Virus record (IMG/VR): IMGVR_UViG_3300046786_000925
Span: 1 to 36,688 of that record
Source of the DNA: a virus
Taxonomy: Duplodnaviria > Caudoviricetes
Length of the DNA stretch: 36,688 bases
Strand: one strand, 5' to 3'
The notes below the pieces were generated by a model. The model searched no databases and was not told where the DNA came from. It saw only the letters and a program-made list of their open reading frames with translations. The position numbers and the translations under genes were made by a program. This document shows positions 7,827 through 17,416 of this stretch, piece by piece. Each line of letters starts with the position of its first letter. The stretch's first letter is position 1.

Positions 7827-7889
7827 TATAAATAAAAAACTGGCGTTTTTTATGCATTTGAGCACTATTTTTGATAAGTAGTGTAAATA
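7827..7889 (+). promoter_or_regulatory. Cluster of late-promoter boxes: TATAAATA 7827-7834, GATAAGTA 7873-7880, TGTAAATA 7882-7889
   Basis: Upstream of the core-protease-scaffold-capsid operon; the first box is a perfect T4 late consensus. Confidence 0.6.
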
Positions 7890-7923
7890 TATTACAGCCT
7901 TGAAAATATCACAGGAGATTAAA

Positions 7924-8817
7924 ATGACTGATAGAGCACAATTTGAAGCTATGCTTGAAGCGTTGATCAATGAAGATCAAGAAACAGCAAAAGAAATTTT
8001 CCACAACATCGTTGTTGGAAAATCACGTGAAATTTACGAAGAATTATTAGAATCTGATTTCCCAGGTGAGGAAGAAGAAGAAGAAATGGATGTTGATTCT
8101 GAAGAAGATGATTCAGAAGATGATGCAGAAGCACCAGAATTCGGTGATGAAGAAGATGATGCAGAAGCACCAGAATTTGGTGATGAAGAAGAAGGCGAAG
8201 GTGAACTAGAAGATCGAGTTTTAGACCTTGAAGATGCATTAGAAGAATTGAAAGCAGAATTCGACCAATTATTATCTGGTGAAGAAAACGAGCCAGAACA
8301 TGCTGATATGTTTGGTGATGAAGGTGATGAAGGTGATGAATTCGGCGCAGAACCAGAAGATGAATTCGGTGCAGATTTAGGTGATGATGATGCAGAAGTT
8401 AAAGAAGTTCACATTACACATGAATTTGTAAGAGAAAATGATGCAGAATTCGAACAATTTATGGAATATGTAAATAAAGTTGCATTACCAAAACATGGTG
8501 ATAATGGTATTCAAAACAAATCAGTTGTGGATAACATGAAAAATGATATGGGTGGAACAACTGCTAATATCGCACAAAACTTTTCTACAACATCAGGTGG
8601 TACAAAAGGTGGATTAGCTAAACCATCTACACAACCACAAACTGGTGGGAACATCAACGTTCCTGGTGGAAACGCAGGTAAAACAGCGTTCAAAACAAAA
8701 CAACCAGGTGGATTTGGTGACAATAAAGGTAATAAAGTAGTTGGTGCAGGTACAGGTAGTCCAAATTCTGTATCAGGTGTTAACAACAAAAGTTTAACCA
8801 AAAGATTAGGAAAATAA
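7924..8817 (+). CDS. Highly acidic prohead core/scaffolding protein; start revised to ATG 7924
   Basis: SD AGGAG at 7913-7917. Asp/Glu-rich N-terminal two-thirds, basic Gly-rich tail, several (I/L)-x-E sites. Lies between g20 and g21. Confidence 0.7.
   Translation: MTDRAQFEAMLEALINEDQETAKEIFHNIVVGKSREIYEELLESDFPGEEEEEEMDVDSEEDDSEDDAEAPEFGDEEDDAEAPEFGDEEEGEGELEDRVLDLEDALEELKAEFDQLLSGEENEPEHADMFGDEGDEGDEFGAEPEDEFGADLGDDDAEVKEVHITHEFVRENDAEFEQFMEYVNKVALPKHGDNGIQNKSVVDNMKNDMGGTTANIAQNFSTTSGGTKGGLAKPSTQPQTGGNINVPGGNAGKTAFKTKQPGGFGDNKGNKVVGAGTGSPNSVSGVNNKSLTKRLGK
8116..8190 (+). repeat. 36-bp tandem duplication encoding EDDAEAPEFGDE x2
   Basis: Directly visible, one synonymous mismatch. Confidence 0.85.
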
Positions 8818-8820
8818 TAT

Positions 8821-9447
8821 ATGTTATATCTCCGAGAAAACCTCAGTTTCAACGAAGCACAGATGATCGTTGAATCTGATGATAGAGAAGGTAAAACATT
8901 GCATATGTCAGGTATCTGCATTCAAGGCGGTATCCGTAATGCAAATCAACGTGTTTACCCTGTGAGCGAGATTAGCAAGGCTGTTAAGACCCTTAACGAT
9001 CAGATTCAAAACGGTTATTCAGTACTCGGAGAAGTGGATCATCCAGATGATCTAAAAATAAATTTGGACCGTGTGTCACATATGATAACTAATATGTGGA
9101 TGGATGGTCCAAATGGTTATGGCAAGCTTAAAATCTTGCCAACCCCTATGGGACAACTAATTAAAACAATGTTGGAAAGCGGCGTTAAATTAGGTGTCTC
9201 CTCTAGAGGTTCTGGAAACGTCAGTAGTGACGGGTCCAATTCAGTATCAGATTTTGAGATTATCACAGTAGATATGGTAGCTCAACCCAGTGCTCCAGGT
9301 GCTTACCCAACACCAATTTATGAACACCTAATGAATACAAGAGGTGGTTATAATGCCTTCCGCGTAGCGCAAGAGGTGAAAGGTGATCCACAGGCGCAAA
9401 AATATCTCAAAGAGAGCTTATTAGGCATAATAAGTAATCTCCAATAA
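8821..9447 (+). CDS. g21: Prohead core protein protease (T4 gp21-like)
   Basis: RNANQRVYP, LGEVDHP (catalytic His), GVSSRGSG (catalytic Ser) and DMVAQPSAPGA. Confidence 0.95.
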   Translation: MLYLRENLSFNEAQMIVESDDREGKTLHMSGICIQGGIRNANQRVYPVSEISKAVKTLNDQIQNGYSVLGEVDHPDDLKINLDRVSHMITNMWMDGPNGYGKLKILPTPMGQLIKTMLESGVKLGVSSRGSGNVSSDGSNSVSDFEIITVDMVAQPSAPGAYPTPIYEHLMNTRGGYNAFRVAQEVKGDPQAQKYLKESLLGIISNLQ

Positions 9448-9459
9448 TAGGAGAAACAC

Positions 9460-10548
9460 ATGTTAGATGCATTAAACAAATTATTTGAAAACAATGTGAT
9501 TTCTGGTGAGATTAAAGAGTCAATTGAACAAGCTTGGGATCGTAAAATTTTAGAAAACCGTGAACAAGTTAGTCAACAACTAAGAGAAGAATTCGCTCAA
9601 AAATACGAACACGACAAAAGCACTATGGTTGAAGCAGTAGATCGTATGATCTCTGACCAACTTCGTAGTGAAATTGGCGAGTTTGCAGATGATCGTAAGC
9701 AATTAGCAGAAATGAAAGTTAAATATGCTAAAAAAATCACTGAAAGTGCTAATGTTATGAAAACTTTCGTAACACGTCAATTAGCATCTGAAGTTAAAGA
9801 ATTGCACGAAGATCAAATGCAAATGGCAAGTAAATTTGGTGTATTGGAAAACTTCATTGTTGAGGCTCTAGCTCAAGAAATTACAGAGTTCTACAAAGAT
9901 AAACAAGATTTGGCCGAAACTAAAGTTAAATTACTTCGTGAAGGCCGCAAAGAAATCAAAAAAGTAAAAGAACAATTCGTGCAACGTGCTGCAGTAATGG
10001 TCGAAAGTGTTGTAAATAAAGGACTACGTTCTGAAATTACATCATTAAAAGAAGACATTGAAGCTGCTCGTCGTCAAGAGTTCGGTCGTAAATTATTCGA
10101 GGCTTTTGCTGCTGAATATCAGACCAGTTACTTAAATGAGAATTCGGAAACTGCTAAATTACTCAAAGTCATAGACATGAAAGATCAAGCAATGCAAGAA
10201 GCAGCTAAAGCTGTTTTATCTGCAGAGAAGATTTTAGAAAGTAAACAAGCAGAAATTCGTATGTTGAAGGAATCTCAACAAAGAAAAGAAATCATGGGTG
10301 AATTGTTAGCTCCACTAAATAAAGAGCAACGTTCAATTATGGGCGAATTAATGGAGAGCGTAAAAACCTCAAAATTAAATGAAAGTTTCGAAAAGTATCT
10401 ACCAGCCGTTATAGCTGGCAAAGCTCCACAAAAGAGACAGGCACTAGTAGAGGCTAAAGAAATAACTGGAAATAAAAATTCCACAACCACTCGTAGCAGC
10501 GAAGCGGAATCAAATATCATTGATATTCGCCGTTTAGCTGGGCTTTAA
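9460..10548 (+). CDS. g22: Prohead core scaffold protein (T4 gp22-like)
   Basis: Coiled-coil Glu/Lys-rich protein between g21 and g23. SD AGGAG; C-terminal IRRLAGL. Confidence 0.8.
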   Translation: MLDALNKLFENNVISGEIKESIEQAWDRKILENREQVSQQLREEFAQKYEHDKSTMVEAVDRMISDQLRSEIGEFADDRKQLAEMKVKYAKKITESANVMKTFVTRQLASEVKELHEDQMQMASKFGVLENFIVEALAQEITEFYKDKQDLAETKVKLLREGRKEIKKVKEQFVQRAAVMVESVVNKGLRSEITSLKEDIEAARRQEFGRKLFEAFAAEYQTSYLNENSETAKLLKVIDMKDQAMQEAAKAVLSAEKILESKQAEIRMLKESQQRKEIMGELLAPLNKEQRSIMGELMESVKTSKLNESFEKYLPAVIAGKAPQKRQALVEAKEITGNKNSTTTRSSEAESNIIDIRRLAGL

Positions 10549-10565
10549 ATTTAAGGAGAAATTAA

Positions 10566-11735
10566 ATGTCAGAATTACTTAATGGCCGTTGGGCAGAAAC
10601 TAAAGAAGCCCTATTAGAAGGTCTACAGGGCACAAAAAAATCAGTAATGGGTGTTACTCTAGAAAACACTCGTAAATATTTGGTGGAATCACCAACCGCT
10701 GGTGCGACATCAGCAGGTAACGTTGCAACGTTAAACCGTGTAATTTTACCAGTTATCCGTCGTGTTATGCCAACCGTTATTGCTAATGAATTAGTAGGTG
10801 TACAACCATTGACCGGTCCTGTTGGACAAATCCACACTTTACGTGTTCGTTATTCAGATACATCATCAAATGCTGGTGTTGTAGCTGGTGAAGAAGCGTT
10901 AAGCCCATTCAAAATTGCAGAAGCATATTCTGGAAACACTTCAACTGGTAAAGCAGCTTCTACAGCTACTTTAGAAGGTCAAGCTGGTAACAGAATGAGC
11001 ATCCAAATCTTGAAACAAACTGTTGAAGCGAAAACTCGTAAATTGAGTGCTCGTTGGACATTTGAAGCGGCTCAAGACGCTCAAGCACAACAAGGTATCG
11101 ACGTTGAAGCAGAAATTATGGCTGCTTTAGCTCAAGAAATCACAGCTGAAATTGACCAAGAAATCTTAGCTTCATTAAGTTCATTAGCTGGTACAGCTAC
11201 ACAAACTTATGACCAAGCACAAGTTTCTGGTACAGCTACTTTCGTAGGTGATGAACACGCTGCGTTGGCTATCCAAATCAACCGTGTTTCTAACTTAATC
11301 GCTCAACGTACTCGTCGTGGTGCTGGTAACTGGGCTGTTGTATCTCCATTTGCATTAACAATCTTGCAATCAGCTACAACTTCAGCATTTGCTCGTACAA
11401 CTGAAGGTACTTTTGAAGCTCCAACTAATACAAAATTTGTTGGTACTTTAAACAATGCATTGAAAGTTTATGTAAACAGCTATGCAAATGACAGCACCCC
11501 AATCTTAGTTGGTTATAAAGGTGGTTCAGAATCAGACGCTGCTGCGTTCTACTGCCCATATATTCCATTAATGAGCTCAGGTGTTGTTCTTGATCCATCA
11601 ACATTCGAACCAACCGTTTCTTTCATGACTCGTTATGGCTATGTAGAATTGTCAAATACTGCATCGTCATTGGGTAATGCTGCGGACTACTTAGGTAAAG
11701 TAGCAATTACTGACGGAAACGTTAAATTTAGCTAA
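10566..11735 (+). CDS. g23: Major capsid protein (T4 gp23-like)
   Basis: GVQPLTGPVGQI, TVEAKTRKLSARWTFEAAQD, EITAEIDQE, FYCPYIPL and DPSTFEPxxxFMTRYG. SD AAGGAG. Confidence 0.97.
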   Translation: MSELLNGRWAETKEALLEGLQGTKKSVMGVTLENTRKYLVESPTAGATSAGNVATLNRVILPVIRRVMPTVIANELVGVQPLTGPVGQIHTLRVRYSDTSSNAGVVAGEEALSPFKIAEAYSGNTSTGKAASTATLEGQAGNRMSIQILKQTVEAKTRKLSARWTFEAAQDAQAQQGIDVEAEIMAALAQEITAEIDQEILASLSSLAGTATQTYDQAQVSGTATFVGDEHAALAIQINRVSNLIAQRTRRGAGNWAVVSPFALTILQSATTSAFARTTEGTFEAPTNTKFVGTLNNALKVYVNSYANDSTPILVGYKGGSESDAAAFYCPYIPLMSSGVVLDPSTFEPTVSFMTRYGYVELSNTASSLGNAADYLGKVAITDGNVKFS

Positions 11736-11758
11736 TTTATACTTAGGTATAACAACAC

Positions 11759-11785
11759 AAAAGGGCTCTTCGGGGCCCTTTTTTT
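11759..11785 (+). terminator. Rho-independent terminator after g23
   Basis: AAAGGGCTC-TTCG-GGGCCCTTT stem-loop followed by a T run. Confidence 0.9.
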
Positions 11786-11802
11786 ATATCTTGGTGAATA
11801 AG

Positions 11803-11810
11803 GATAAATA
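11803..11810 (+). promoter_or_regulatory. Late-promoter-like box GATAAATA
   Basis: Between the g23 terminator and the next gene. Confidence 0.65.
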
Positions 11811-11815
11811 CTTAC

Positions 11816-11890
11816 AGTCATAATAACATCTGACTAATAGTTGGATTTATGCTGAAATCCCTCAGCGTATGACCTAGAACGTCAAGGAGA
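11816..11890 (+). promoter_or_regulatory. Structured 5' leader (hairpin, pseudoknot or switch, hairpin) abutting the SD
   Basis: AGTCA/TGACT 11816-11835; GGATTT 11843-48 with AAATCC 11855-60; ATGCTG 11849-54 with CAGCGT 11863-68; TGAC/GTCA 11870-84; then AGGAG. Confidence 0.5.
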
Positions 11891-11898
11891 CAAACAAA

Positions 11899-12849
11899 AT
11901 GGGAAGACCTCTTAATAAAAAATATTTTGGTAACCGTAACATCGGTTCATCCACATCAACCACAGATTCTGGTATCGGTGGTACTTCAGTCGATAGTGTT
12001 ACACTAGGCACATTGGGTTCATATACTGTTCGTCCAACTATTACTTTTAGTGATCCAGATTTATCAGCCGAGGGTGGTGAAACCGCAACTGGTACAGTTG
12101 TTTCAGAAGTGTTAAGTGCAACAGTTGTTGGTGGTAACGCAGGTTCCGGCTACCTTGTGACTGATGTTGTTAGTGTAGGAAGTGCAACATTTAGTATTAC
12201 CGTAAATGGCGGAGGTGCAATTACTGGATTAACACCGGTTAATCGTGGATCATTCACAGCGTTGGCAGCTGGCGCACAAGCAGTAACAGGTGGGACTGGT
12301 ACTTTAGCTACAATTGTAATTACATATCGTGCTAAATCTATCACAATTACAAAACAAGGTTCTGGGTATTCACACTCAGTTGATGCAACTGCATCATTTG
12401 CTGGGTCCGCCACATTACCAGGTGCACCAACTGTAAACATGATAGTTGATACCGGTATTGTTGGTACAGCTGGAAATCAAGAAAATGCAATTAGTATGAC
12501 AGCACAACTTCCAGGAGGATCTGCTGTTTTGGTTGATATTATCAAACAAGTATCTGGACGTAGATATAAAGTTACTGATGGAACACGCATTGGTATTGTC
12601 CAATTACAAGATTCTGCAGTATCTGGTGATGGTCAAGCTACAATCGTAGCAACAGATGCATCTAGTGCTACCTATTATGTTACAAAATTAACTGCTCATA
12701 AAGCTACTTTAACACAAATTAGTGGCAGTTATGAATTTGCATCAGGCACAGCAGTTGCATGGACTATGAATGGTACAACGGGTACTAAAGCATACCCTGC
12801 ACAACCATACCTAGCGACAGGTGTAAATGTTCAAATCGCAAATACTTAA
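11899..12849 (+). CDS. Virion structural protein (possible head decoration protein)
   Basis: Thr/Gly/Ser-rich beta protein directly after g23, with its own promoter, strong SD and terminator. N-terminus MGRPLNKKYFG. Confidence 0.55.
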   Translation: MGRPLNKKYFGNRNIGSSTSTTDSGIGGTSVDSVTLGTLGSYTVRPTITFSDPDLSAEGGETATGTVVSEVLSATVVGGNAGSGYLVTDVVSVGSATFSITVNGGGAITGLTPVNRGSFTALAAGAQAVTGGTGTLATIVITYRAKSITITKQGSGYSHSVDATASFAGSATLPGAPTVNMIVDTGIVGTAGNQENAISMTAQLPGGSAVLVDIIKQVSGRRYKVTDGTRIGIVQLQDSAVSGDGQATIVATDASSATYYVTKLTAHKATLTQISGSYEFASGTAVAWTMNGTTGTKAYPAQPYLATGVNVQIANT

Positions 12850-12867
12850 TTACAAAAACAAAAACTT

Positions 12868-12890
12868 GGAGGGCACTTTGCCCTCCTTTT
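12868..12890 (+). terminator. Rho-independent terminator
   Basis: GGAGGGCA-CTT-TGCCCTCC followed by TTTT. Confidence 0.75.
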
Positions 12891-12903
12891 AAAGGATTTA
12901 TAA

Positions 12904-15900
12904 ATGTCAAGAATATTAAAAGTTAGTCAAAGTGATTACAGATTACAAGTACAATCTGGTGGATCGATTACCTTAGATACAGGATCGAATGCTGGTACAG
13001 TTGTTATTACTGGGAATCTTGACGTTAAAGGAACCACTACCACTGTTGAATCATCAACTACTACTGTAAAAGATAATATTTTACAATTAAATTATGGTCA
13101 AACTGGTAATGGTATTAGCAGCACCCTTGGATATCAATCTGGTATTCAAATTGGTCGTGGTAATTACTCGGCTGCACAACTCATATTCGATGAAAACTTA
13201 CAATTTTATGATTCTCAAACGGATTCAACTTTATTAGGCGCATTTAGTTTTAAAACTGAGAATGGGCAATTAGTTGGTATAAGAACAAATTCTATTACAA
13301 CTGGTGGATTTGATTTAAGTCTTATTAGTTCTGGAACTCATATCGTATCGGTTAAAGGTACAACTGATTATGAACAACATGTATTAAATTATACAGATTG
13401 GCTTACCCCAAGTGGTTTACTACCACATAGTGGTCCGATTACATTAACAGATAACCCAGATGCAATTCCTAATACACAGGCACTGGCTGATTATGTAGAA
13501 TCTGCATTTTATTATTATGGGCCACATTTTATTCAAGAAGGTGATACCAAAGTTGAAACATTTGATGCATCAGCTGGTCGAACCCCAAGTAGAATAACAT
13601 TTAATGTTGATGGTTATGAATATGGTAAATTTACCACTGATGGTCTTACTGTTGGAAACATTAATGTTAAAAGTAGCACTATAAAGACAATCAATACGAA
13701 TAGTAATTTAACCATTTCAGCTGATGGCACTGGTGTAATTAATTTATTGAATAAAACCAATATAAAAAATGATTTACATGTATCAGGTGTACCATATGGT
13801 ACAGCTCCAATTGTAACTAATGTAATTTACGTCACCATGGATGGTTCTGATACTAATGATGGTTCCGCACAGGATTCTACAAGAGCATGTAGAACTATTG
13901 GTGGTGCAATGAAATCAGCTTTATATAATGCTGGTACATCCATTAAAGTTTCACCTGGTCATTATTTAGAAGATAATCCACTATTAGTTAAACCATATAC
14001 ATCTATTATTGGTAGTGATTTAAGAACTACAACGATTGAACCTATTAATAAAACTCAAGATTTATTTCATGTTCAAAGTTCGTGTTATATTGCTCAAATG
14101 CAATTTATTAATGGTAGAAGTGGAATTGTAAATCCAAACTACGACCGTGGTGCGTATGCAGTATCGTTTCCAACGACTGACAAAATAGATTTATATAAAT
14201 CTCCATATATTCAGAATTGTACTAATCAATCTGGTCCTTGGTTATTTGATGGTACTATGTTTGTACCTAATCAAACTGTACAAATTCCATTGGCGGTTGC
14301 AACCACATCTTTTGATAATAATCAAACAACTATTGCAGTAACATTTACTGAAGGGTTAACAGATTTAACAGCTGCAATTGCAATAAATCCTAATATATCA
14401 ATCAACACTGCTCCTCAAGACCAAGGTTTCTTTTCCGCTAGAACATTGATTTTAGCAAATGAATCATTCATTAAAGAACAAACTATTGCATATATTGAAC
14501 AAACATACCCATCATTGAATTATCAACGTGAAAAATGCAGAAGAGATATTGGATACATTTTAGAAAATATATTATATGATGCAACATTTGGTGGGAATTC
14601 AAAATCAGTTGAAGCTGGTGAATTTTATTGGGATGGTGTTACTAGCGTAATCAGTGGTGAACAAACACAAACTAATGCAGCATTGGAATATATCATTAGT
14701 TTGATTACTGATATTATTAGTAATAATGAAATTGATATAGATAGATTGAGTACTACTGGAACAACTATTACTGGCTCCAACATCATTACTGATATTTCAT
14801 CTGATGCTATAAAACAAATTGTTGTTGGTAAATTAATAACCGGTACTTATATTCCTAATAACACGGTTGTTGAATATGTTGATAATGTTAACTATACGAT
14901 TACTATATCCAATAATGCAACTGATAGTGGTAGTACTACATTTACAACTAGTCATCAAATTTTTAACAGTAATTTAACTAACGGTAGCATAGCATTATCT
15001 GCATTAACTAGAAATATTCAATTAATTGAATCTATTATAACATCTAAAACTAACATACCAGAAATTTTTTATAGTACTGGTGCTGAAACTGGTTTAGTTA
15101 GCGCAGAAATATTATTACAAAAAAATAGATTATTCATTCAAAAAGAAATTACTGCTTATATAGCTGCAACATATCCGCAGTTTACATATAATATTAATAC
15201 ATGTGAAAGAGATGTTGGATTGATAGTAGATGCACTAACACAAGATATTTTATTAGGTGGTAATGCAAATTGTATTAATGCTGGATTGTCGTATTACGAA
15301 GCAGCCGACCTATTAATAGTTGGTGAAGTATTGCAAACTAGAAGTGCTTTAGATAGATTAGTTACGATTGCTAAATTAATTGTACAAAATCAAACTGTAT
15401 CTAAAACATCTGGTAATAATCAAACACAATATACTAATACTAATTTTGAACGTGGTGTAATTACTGCAACCGAACCATCAATTATTTCTAGAAATATAGA
15501 AATAATAAAAAATATCATTACAAATGGTCCAAGTTCACAACCTATAAAATACAGTGGTAGTGGTTTATTTTCTGCAACTGGTATAAGTGCTGATGACATT
15601 AAACAATCAACTAAGGTATTAACACTTACACAGGTATCTGGAAACACATACAATGTGGTGTTAGATACACCAACAGTTGGTATTGGTACCAATTCAACCT
15701 TATATTTTGGGTATACTTCGGTCTATCCAGTAGTTGAATCTACTATACCTTCTCCTAGATGGGATAGTAGAAAAGTAGATCCTTATGGCTCTATGGGTGG
15801 TATGTTAGTGGATGGTAATCAAATTACTGATATTTCACCTATTAAATCATTTGTTGTTGATGCGTATACACAGGTAAACCAAGGTGGACGAGGGGTGCGT

Positions 15901-17403
15901 GTAACTAATAATGGATATGCACAGTTAGTATCAGTATTTACATTGTTTAGTTCTATAGCCATTCAATGTGATAGAGGTGGAATTGCATCTATAACAAATG
16001 CTAATGCAAACTTTGGTGATTATTGTATGATTGCGAAGGGTTATGGAAAACGAGAATTTAAAGGAACTGTTTATAATCCACCAGAATTACCATTGTTTCC
16101 ACAAGGTAAATTCCCATCAAAAAATATTATTGAAATATTTGTTCCAGACTTACAGCAAAGACCACACATATCATTAATTATGGAGGTTGAGCCACCAGCT
16201 GGATATATCAATAATTTAGGTACATCTGGATTTATCACATCAACATCAACTATATCAACTATAATAACTGGTTCATTGACTATTGATGATATTGATGTAA
16301 CAAATATGTTTATTGGACAACTCGTATATCTACGAGATCAATATGGTAGTTATTCTGACCCAATAACTGGGAATAATTACATAACCCCTGGTACTATAAT
16401 TGTAGATATTGGCCCTAGAACATTGTATTTGAGTGTTCCTGTTAATAATGGGGGTGGTGATGTTAATAATCCAAACTATTTTAATTTATACACAGTTGGG
16501 AATGCATACTATACTATTATAACTAGTTCAGTTGCACCAAGACCAAAATCTGAAACATTAACTGAGAATGCATTGATATTACCAGCTGAACAAAAAGCAC
16601 CACATTTAGCTGCATTAGAAAAATTGAAAACATTATTACAGGATATTGTACAGAATAATACAATCACAAGATTGCAAACATCTATCGCACAATATAAATC
16701 ATCGATTAACAGTAATTCTACTACATCTACCCGTATTGGAACATTAATCGATATAGTTAAAACTATTGTTAATAGTGGGATATCATCTGCTCCTACCGTG
16801 ATAAAGTCTGGTGCAGTAACTACATCCGATGGAAATGCAAGTTCTTTAATTTTAAAAAATATAGATTTTCTAGTAGCAGAAATATATGCATTTATGAGTA
16901 TAAATTACACATTTACATATGATACAACTTTATGTAAGCGAGATGTTGAATTAATCAGTAAGTGTATATCTGACGATTTGCTAGCAGGTGGAAACTATAA
17001 TTCTGTTAATTCTGGATTATCATATTTTTCACGATCTGGTACTCATCATTATGTTACGATTGAAGAAAGTACATATGATTATAATTTATTTAAGCATGGT
17101 GCATTGGTTAATTTCTATCAAAGAAGTTATATGTCAGCATCTGGATACTTATTCGAGTATGTGGGTTCAGGTTCAAATTATAGTGCATTACCACAGGTAG
17201 GACGTTTCGATCCAATACAAAATAGAGAAGTGAATATGCTAGATGGTGGTAAAGTTTTCTTTACCTCTACCGATCAAAATGGAGATTTTAGAATCGGAGC
17301 AGGGTTAGTAATTAGCCAAGCAACTGGTGTTTTAAGCGGTAGAACATTCCAGAAGAGCTTATTCGCAGAAATGACACCGTTTATACTTGCAATTGAAGGT
17401 TAA
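12904..17403 (+). CDS. Large fibre/appendage protein with a pectin-lyase-like beta-helix and three inserted phycobiliprotein-like helical domains
   Basis: Fibre-type N-terminus (ITGNLDVKGTTTTVES) and beta-helix cap IYVTMDGSDTNDGS..RTIGGA. CxRD motifs at C545, C767 and C1344. Confidence 0.7.
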   Translation: MSRILKVSQSDYRLQVQSGGSITLDTGSNAGTVVITGNLDVKGTTTTVESSTTTVKDNILQLNYGQTGNGISSTLGYQSGIQIGRGNYSAAQLIFDENLQFYDSQTDSTLLGAFSFKTENGQLVGIRTNSITTGGFDLSLISSGTHIVSVKGTTDYEQHVLNYTDWLTPSGLLPHSGPITLTDNPDAIPNTQALADYVESAFYYYGPHFIQEGDTKVETFDASAGRTPSRITFNVDGYEYGKFTTDGLTVGNINVKSSTIKTINTNSNLTISADGTGVINLLNKTNIKNDLHVSGVPYGTAPIVTNVIYVTMDGSDTNDGSAQDSTRACRTIGGAMKSALYNAGTSIKVSPGHYLEDNPLLVKPYTSIIGSDLRTTTIEPINKTQDLFHVQSSCYIAQMQFINGRSGIVNPNYDRGAYAVSFPTTDKIDLYKSPYIQNCTNQSGPWLFDGTMFVPNQTVQIPLAVATTSFDNNQTTIAVTFTEGLTDLTAAIAINPNISINTAPQDQGFFSARTLILANESFIKEQTIAYIEQTYPSLNYQREKCRRDIGYILENILYDATFGGNSKSVEAGEFYWDGVTSVISGEQTQTNAALEYIISLITDIISNNEIDIDRLSTTGTTITGSNIITDISSDAIKQIVVGKLITGTYIPNNTVVEYVDNVNYTITISNNATDSGSTTFTTSHQIFNSNLTNGSIALSALTRNIQLIESIITSKTNIPEIFYSTGAETGLVSAEILLQKNRLFIQKEITAYIAATYPQFTYNINTCERDVGLIVDALTQDILLGGNANCINAGLSYYEAADLLIVGEVLQTRSALDRLVTIAKLIVQNQTVSKTSGNNQTQYTNTNFERGVITATEPSIISRNIEIIKNIITNGPSSQPIKYSGSGLFSATGISADDIKQSTKVLTLTQVSGNTYNVVLDTPTVGIGTNSTLYFGYTSVYPVVESTIPSPRWDSRKVDPYGSMGGMLVDGNQITDISPIKSFVVDAYTQVNQGGRGVRVTNNGYAQLVSVFTLFSSIAIQCDRGGIASITNANANFGDYCMIAKGYGKREFKGTVYNPPELPLFPQGKFPSKNIIEIFVPDLQQRPHISLIMEVEPPAGYINNLGTSGFITSTSTISTIITGSLTIDDIDVTNMFIGQLVYLRDQYGSYSDPITGNNYITPGTIIVDIGPRTLYLSVPVNNGGGDVNNPNYFNLYTVGNAYYTIITSSVAPRPKSETLTENALILPAEQKAPHLAALEKLKTLLQDIVQNNTITRLQTSIAQYKSSINSNSTTSTRIGTLIDIVKTIVNSGISSAPTVIKSGAVTTSDGNASSLILKNIDFLVAEIYAFMSINYTFTYDTTLCKRDVELISKCISDDLLAGGNYNSVNSGLSYFSRSGTHHYVTIEESTYDYNLFKHGALVNFYQRSYMSASGYLFEYVGSGSNYSALPQVGRFDPIQNREVNMLDGGKVFFTSTDQNGDFRIGAGLVISQATGVLSGRTFQKSLFAEMTPFILAIEG

Positions 17404-17416
17404 GAGGATTTAATTC

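Noticed and set aside
7832-7853. ATAAAAAAC/GTTTTTTAT inverted repeat as a terminator
   Set aside because: The stem is almost entirely A-T in an AT-rich spacer, too weak to call.
11811-11890. Self-cleaving ribozyme (hammerhead, twister, pistol, HDV-like)
   Set aside because: No CUGAnGA/GAAA core or other catalytic consensus recognised; kept only as a structured leader.
12899-12906. TATAAATG as a late promoter
   Set aside because: It includes the start codon itself and follows an AAGGA SD; better explained as an AT-rich SD spacer.
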